Source: an uncultured Fluviicola sp.
Lineage (GTDB): Bacteria > Bacteroidota > Bacteroidia > Flavobacteriales_D > Crocinitomicaceae
NCBI GenBank assembly: GCA_964387525.1
Contig: CAYLWS010000003.1
Location: 18,844-82,843 of the forward strand
DNA length: 64,000 bases
Reading direction: 5' to 3'
The position numbers and the translations under genes were made by a program. The stretch's first letter is position 1; the number at the start of each line of letters is the position of its first letter. The notes under the pieces are model-generated. The model did no database searches, was not told the origin of the DNA, and worked only from the letters and a program-made list of their open reading frames with translations. Positions 60,001 to 64,000 of this stretch are shown piece after piece.

Positions 60001-61845
60001 GTAGTTGCTGACACTGCTGATTTTAACACCTCTAATTCGAGTATTTGTGAAGGTGAGAGTAGTGTTTTTACTGATAATTCGTACAATGCGACATCTTATT
60101 TGTGGGATTTCGGGATGAACGCTTCACCTTCAACTGCAACAGGAATTGGCCCACATATGGTAACTTACTCTAGTTCTGGATCAAAAGATGTATCTCTAAT
60201 TATTAATGGAGGAACTGATACAAGTACCCAAGTAATAACAGTGAACGCTAGTCCTGTACAGCCAACTTTTACAGTAAATGGTTCTACTACATTTTGTGCA
60301 GGAGAAAGTGTAATTCTAACTTCTTCAGAAAACAGTGGAAACCTTTGGTCAACGTCAGAAACAACACAAAGTATTGTAATAGTTAATAGTGGGAGTTATA
60401 CATTGACTCATACAAATGCAAATAATTGTTCGGCAACTTCTACTCCTATTGTTGTTGTGGTTAATAGTTTACCTTTAATTTCTCAAGGAACAACAGTAGA
60501 TCCAGCTTCATGTATATCACCTACTGGTTCAATTGAAGTGGCAGGCTCAGATTCAGGGACTCTATCTTGGAGTGGAGCTTCTTCAGGATCGATGAATGTT
60601 ACATTGCCTTATGTTATTTCAAATTTGAATGCAGGAAATATTAGTATTACATTCTCTAATCAAAATGGTTGTGTAGCTCAACAGTTATCTATTGATTTGG
60701 TTGGTCCAACTACACCGGTTGCACCCGTAATTTCCAACTCTAGTTCTCTAGAATTCTGTGACGGTGGTTCTGTTGTTTTAACATCATCATCATCATCATC
60801 ATCATCAAATATTTGGTCTTCGAATCAAAATTCTCAATCAATTACGGTAACAACTGCAGGGATTTATTCAGTATATTATACAGATGCTAATAATTGTCCT
60901 TCTGCTTTAGCTTTCGTGGATGTTATTGTTCATTCTACACCTGCGACTCCTGTTATATCAACAAGTGGTTCAGTTACAATTTGCGATGGTGAATCTGTTA
61001 CACTTAGTTCTCCATTAGCGTCAGGTAACTCATGGTCAAATGGTGAGTCTACTCAAGACATTACTGTAACATCAACGAGTGATAATACTTTAACAATCAC
61101 TGACGCCAATGGTTGTAGTAGTAGTTCTCTACCGATGACTGTTACTGTAAACCCATTCCCTGCTGTTCCAACAATCACAGCAAATGGTTCGGTGAATATT
61201 TGTGATGGAGAAACGGTTAGTTTAACATCATCGGCAACAACTGGTAATGTGTGGAGTTCAAATGAAACTACGCAAAGTATTCCAGTTGCTATATCAGGTA
61301 GTTATACAACAACTGTATCTATTGGTTCTTGTTCGGTTACATCACAACCTTTTGTAGTTGTGGTTAATCCATTGCCAATAGTTACATTTAATTTATCGGA
61401 TACACTATGCATTAATTCCGCAGCTTATACCTTTTCTCAAGGGATGCCTTCTGGAGGAAATTATATTGGGACAGGTGTTACAAATGGTTCTTTTGATGCA
61501 CAGTCAGTTGGAATTGGAACGTATGGCATTACATATGTTTATAGTAATTCTTTAGGTTGTGAAGCGTCAACTGTATCACAAATAGTTGTTGACGGATGTG
61601 CTTCGATTGATGAATCTGAGATGAGTAATATTGTATTGTTTCCTAATCCAGCTAACAATGAATTAAATGTTTCGTTAGATGGTTCATTCAAATTTAGAAT
61701 GTTGGATTCAAAGGGTAAATTGATTTTATTCGGAGAAGCGACTAATACAACAAAAATTAACTTGGAAGAATTCAAGAGTGGTATGTACTTTATCATAGTT
61801 GAATCAAACGAAAGAACTAAATCTTTTAAAGTGATTAGAAAATAA
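57088..61845 (+). CDS. giant T9SS-secreted protein: BNR/Asp-box (VPS10/GH74-like) beta-propeller region, CARDB-like, PKD, tandem Cys-containing Ig-like repeats, T9SS CTD
   Basis: At least 8 Asp-box-like motifs (SVDSGSNW, SVDGGLSW, TTNGGANW, SNNGGANW, STSGGSSF, TSNGGQNW...). PKD signature (YLWDFGMNASP...). Four ~75-aa repeats (C.GESV.LTSS...GN.WS..ETTQSI.V). C-terminal LFPNPANNELNVSL...GMYFIIVES...FKVIRK. Confidence 0.85.
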   Translation: MKRTTNFDLLSRKFLILTLLFFTYNTQAQSTANNWVNEMIKEGANFEETKSAFYTEWQGKTYSKGHGWKQFHRWESFWETRLMTDGSFPNFKEAYQNFNQYKNSFAKTKVANNGGNWTPIGPFTHTNSDSWSPGQGRVNFISQDPSNSNTIFLGTPAGGVWKSVDSGSNWTPLGDDLAVMGVSGIAISHSNSNTIYLSTGDADGGDTYSIGVLKSVDGGLSWNVAGNLAGNLKDIVIDPSNDNIVYVCSQNGVYKTTNGGANWSQVLNGSYRDLELKPNSPQTIYAASQSQVYYSNNGGANWGNAGGLPSGSSRIALAVTPANDSYVYLLIANSNGAYEGVYRSQNSGVSFSARNTNTDVFNGSTQSWYDMTICVSDVDADIVMTGCLNVWKSTSGGSSFSQVNNWSSPNGSAYTHADIHFLRYYDGNFYCGSDGGIYRSTNDASSFTNLTDGLQISQFYRISGSPNDGTTIAGGLQDNGGYVWNNSSWKNYYGADGMEAAVDHTNSDNIYGMIQNGTMYLSTNAGATNQSAGRPQGEVGRWVTPMQLTNDGSRIIAGYDNLYEFNGAWNQLSTYNFPEKLRNIELYDANTNVMFLSTNSSIYRTNNNGVNVVNITNNLTNVLNGNVITSIEVDPADSNRIWVSIGGWTSGAKVAFTSNGGQNWSNVSGTLPNLPCNIVKYEAGSSLSNAIYIGMDIGVYYQDDNIGDFVPYMVNLPNVIVRDLELNEVNGVIRAGTYGRGVWESGVYSTTTNANDAGITSIINPSSSFCGETFTPIVKLKNFGSDDLLQIDILYQIDNGTISTLNWTGNLIAFNSENVTLPSVTAGGTHTFKAWTNSPNGLLDEDLSNDSTLLDYTGIVNGHMITTMISEDCWGSETTWDIVSSTGDTLLSGGPYVDGNASNINTDSTCANSGCYEFIINDVYGDGIAGASDQSCGTDGSYSVLNDNGGILIQMTDASFGSQAIHPFCVGVVADTADFNTSNSSICEGESSVFTDNSYNATSYLWDFGMNASPSTATGIGPHMVTYSSSGSKDVSLIINGGTDTSTQVITVNASPVQPTFTVNGSTTFCAGESVILTSSENSGNLWSTSETTQSIVIVNSGSYTLTHTNANNCSATSTPIVVVVNSLPLISQGTTVDPASCISPTGSIEVAGSDSGTLSWSGASSGSMNVTLPYVISNLNAGNISITFSNQNGCVAQQLSIDLVGPTTPVAPVISNSSSLEFCDGGSVVLTSSSSSSSSNIWSSNQNSQSITVTTAGIYSVYYTDANNCPSALAFVDVIVHSTPATPVISTSGSVTICDGESVTLSSPLASGNSWSNGESTQDITVTSTSDNTLTITDANGCSSSSLPMTVTVNPFPAVPTITANGSVNICDGETVSLTSSATTGNVWSSNETTQSIPVAISGSYTTTVSIGSCSVTSQPFVVVVNPLPIVTFNLSDTLCINSAAYTFSQGMPSGGNYIGTGVTNGSFDAQSVGIGTYGITYVYSNSLGCEASTVSQIVVDGCASIDESEMSNIVLFPNPANNELNVSLDGSFKFRMLDSKGKLILFGEATNTTKINLEEFKSGMYFIIVESNERTKSFKVIRK
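60784..60807 (+). repeat. (TCA)8 trinucleotide repeat encoding Ser8
   Basis: Read directly. In frame within repeat module 2 of the giant gene (LTSSSSSSSSNIW). Confidence 0.9.
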
Positions 61846-61873
61846 TTTATAGATTACTTTTTGTTTTAATTCT

Positions 61874-61907
61874 AAAGAGCCCATTGATTATTCAATGGGC
61901 TCTTTTT
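61874..61907 (+). terminator. rho-independent terminator
   Basis: 14-bp perfect stem AAAGAGCCCATTGA/TCAATGGGCTCTTT, TTAT loop, T-run. Confidence 0.8.
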
Positions 61908-62031
61908 ATTTGATAGTGTATTATGAATATAATACACAGGGTTTTCAAAGTTTTTGTTAAACTCGACTTAGTGTTCCGTCGTAGAAGATATAATTTTCAT
62001 TACCTTTAATCTTCACTTAAAACGAAACACT

Positions 62032-62595
62032 ATGATGGGACTATGGATATTACTAGGAATTGGAGCAATTGTAATTATTTGGTACATCTCTGCTAACAAT
62101 AAGTTAGTTGCACTCAAAAATAATCGCGAAAATGCTTTTGCAGATATTGATGTTCAATTGAAACAGCGCCATGATTTAATCCCTCAACTAATTTCAACTG
62201 TAAAAGGCTACATGGACCATGAAAAAGAGGTTTTGACACGAATTACAGAGGCACGCTCAAATGCATTGAAAGCAAATTCGATTAACGATAAAATTGTTGC
62301 TGAGAATGAATTAAATTCTGCAATGGGTGCTTTCAATATTCAAGTAGAAGCATATCCAGATTTGAAAGCAAGCTCTAATTTTATGCAACTACAGGATGAA
62401 ATTTCTGATATCGAGAATAAACTAGCAGCCGTTCGTCGTTATTTTAATTCTGCGACGAAAGAATTGAACAACGCCATTGAATCTATTCCTTCAAATATTG
62501 TCGCGAACATGAAGAAGATGACCTCTCAACCAATGTTTGACCTTGGAGTAGCCCAACGTGAAACAATGGATAAAGCACCTGAGATTAAATTTTAA
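62032..62595 (+). CDS. lemA: LemA family protein
   Basis: N-terminal TM, then ...YNKLV.LKN..ENAFADIDVQLKQRHDLIP.L...VKGY..HE...L..ITEAR typical LemA pattern. Confidence 0.88.
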   Translation: MMGLWILLGIGAIVIIWYISANNKLVALKNNRENAFADIDVQLKQRHDLIPQLISTVKGYMDHEKEVLTRITEARSNALKANSINDKIVAENELNSAMGAFNIQVEAYPDLKASSNFMQLQDEISDIENKLAAVRRYFNSATKELNNAIESIPSNIVANMKKMTSQPMFDLGVAQRETMDKAPEIKF

Positions 62596-62603
62596 TTCCG
62601 GTA

Positions 62604-63530
62604 ATGAAGTTTATTGGTTTAGAAACTCAAATTAGACGAAATAATTTTCGTTCAACGCTTCTGTTGTTAGCGTTTCCAGCGCTTATTCTTGGGTTATTAT
62701 ATGCTTTCTCATTCTTTGGAAGTGAATCTCTAGATCAAGGAAATGAAATGTTTTTAGAGCTATTTCCTTTTGTAACAATCGGAGTAGGGGTGTGGTTTGT
62801 AATTGCTTATTTTGCAAATACAGGAATGATCAAAAGGCAAACAAAAATGCATTCTCTTTCACGCAAAGAAAACAAAGAGATATACAACCTTACGGAAAAC
62901 CTTTGTATGTCAGTTGGAATGAAGATGCCTAAATTATTTGTAATAGAATCCAATGGGTTGAATGCTTTTGCTTCTGGAATTAATGAAAAAACATTTGCGG
63001 TAACAATCACAACAGGCCTGATCGATCATCTTGATGAAAAAGAATTGGAAGGAGTAATTGCGCATGAACTGACACACATTCGAAACAATGATGTGAAATT
63101 ACAAATCATCTCCATCATTTTTGTTGGAATTTTCAGTGTAATTGTAGAAGTTCTTTTCAGAGGTATGCTATATGGAAATCGCGGAAGTAGAAAACGAGAA
63201 AAATCAGATGGCTCAATATTTTTAATTGCACTTGCTTTTGCTGCTATTGGTTATTTTTTCTCCCTGTTATTTCGATTTGCTTTATCAAGAAAAAGAGAAT
63301 TTCTTGCAGATGCAGGAGCGGTAGAATTGACAAAAAATGCGCATGCACTTGCTTCTGCACTTCGGAAAATTTCCCAAAACCCTAAAGTCGAAGTTAAAAA
63401 TAGTGGCGTAAAAGAGCTATTCATTGACAATGGTGATCGAAAAAAAGGGTTTTTCGCTCGAGTTATGCAAATTTTCTCCACTCATCCACCTATTGAAGAT
63501 CGGATTGAAATTTTGGAAAAAGGAATTTGA
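62604..63530 (+). CDS. M48 family (HtpX-like) zinc metallopeptidase, membrane-bound
   Basis: HELTHI (HExxH), downstream EFLAD, four TM segments, C-terminal STHPPIEDRI. Confidence 0.87.
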   Translation: MKFIGLETQIRRNNFRSTLLLLAFPALILGLLYAFSFFGSESLDQGNEMFLELFPFVTIGVGVWFVIAYFANTGMIKRQTKMHSLSRKENKEIYNLTENLCMSVGMKMPKLFVIESNGLNAFASGINEKTFAVTITTGLIDHLDEKELEGVIAHELTHIRNNDVKLQIISIIFVGIFSVIVEVLFRGMLYGNRGSRKREKSDGSIFLIALAFAAIGYFFSLLFRFALSRKREFLADAGAVELTKNAHALASALRKISQNPKVEVKNSGVKELFIDNGDRKKGFFARVMQIFSTHPPIEDRIEILEKGI

Positions 63531-63593
63531 ATTATAGGTTCAACTTTAAATCAAATTACTATATTTACTTTCTCCTGAAATGAAAAGGCAATA

Positions 63594-64000
63594 TTGAAAG
63601 AAACTAAATTCATAGAACAGAATAAGAACAAGTGGGATCGCTTTGAAAAACTGTATGAATCAAGTTCGAACAATCCTGAAGAGTTGAGTGATCTCTACAT
63701 GGACATTACCGATGATTTAAGTTATGCCCAAACCTTCTACAAAAGGAGAACAGTTCGAGTATACCTCAATAAATTGGCGCAAACTGTTTTCACAGGTGTT
63801 CACAAACAAAAGGGAGAATCTTTTCGTCGGTTTTTTGATGTTTGGAAGACATCTTTGCCATTGGAAATATATCGTTCTCGAAAAAACTTACTCTTTGCTT
63901 TAATTGCCTTTGCAGTATATACTTTAATTGGTGTGGTTTCTACGATGATTGATCCGGAATTCCCACGTGTTGTTCTTGGAGACGCTTATGTAAACATGAC
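63594..64000 (+). CDS. SpoIIM-like (DUF95) membrane protein, 5' part (runs off the window). TTG start inferred.
   Basis: Not in the ORF track. My translation from TTG 63594: (M)KETKFIEQNKNKWDRFEKLYESSSNNPEELSDLYMDITDDLSYAQTFYKRRTVRVYLN...LLFALIAFAVYTLIGVVS. Open to the window end. Resembles the flavobacterial 'stage II sporulation protein M' family N-terminus. Confidence 0.55.
   Translation, partial: MKETKFIEQNKNKWDRFEKLYESSSNNPEELSDLYMDITDDLSYAQTFYKRRTVRVYLNKLAQTVFTGVHKQKGESFRRFFDVWKTSLPLEIYRSRKNLLFALIAFAVYTLIGVVSTMIDPEFPRVVLGDAYVNM

Noticed and set aside
60784-60807. (TCA)8 as an on/off phase-variation switch.
   Set aside because: The unit is a trinucleotide, so slippage keeps the reading frame. 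It can only vary Ser-linker length and cannot switch the gene off.
1-64000. Scan for CRISPR arrays, tRNA/rRNA genes, IS elements and prophage genes.
   Set aside because: I found no arrays of three or more regularly spaced repeats, no tRNA-like T-arm (GGTTCGAATCC) or cloverleaf sequences in the intergenic regions, no rRNA-like stretches, and no transposase, integrase or phage structural motifs in any ORF.

Overview
AT-rich chromosomal segment with Bacteroidota (probably Flavobacteriia-like) hallmarks: type IX secretion (T9SS) C-terminal sorting domains, a TonB-dependent receptor, TAnnTTTG -7 promoter boxes and many overlapping stop/start junctions. About 50 protein-coding genes. The backbone is housekeeping: gmk, nadD, rsmA, ispD, metF, ileS, leuS, cysS, aspS, lepA, cysDN, a dCMP deaminase and an S41 C-terminal processing peptidase. 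I recognised no rRNA, tRNA, CRISPR array, transposase or integrase. Accessory or poorly understood content, in window order: (1) two tandem paralogous T9SS cargo genes at 14.2-19.5 kb that differ by a ~480-aa block of inserted domains and keep near-identical terminators; (2) an orphan Cys-rich GDCCVxC mini-protein; (3) a TPR histidine kinase / LytTR regulator pair followed by a perfect 14-nt direct repeat with 21-nt periodicity and a -7 box, with no annotated gene behind it; (4) a 4.8-kb block (two S41 peptidases, a putative outer-membrane barrel, a membrane-anchored AraC regulator) bracketed by 100-nt direct repeats of the 3' end of a small membrane-protein gene, with no integrase; (5) a lipoprotein gene with a disrupted reading frame; (6) a membrane-anchored MutS domain-V ATPase; (7) a 500-bp intergenic region before lepA holding a long inverted repeat and a strong orphan terminator; (8) an orphan gene cluster ending in a 1585-aa BNR/PKD/Ig-repeat T9SS protein with a hexanucleotide repeat in its leader. 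All family calls rest on motifs read by eye from the translations. No database searches were run.
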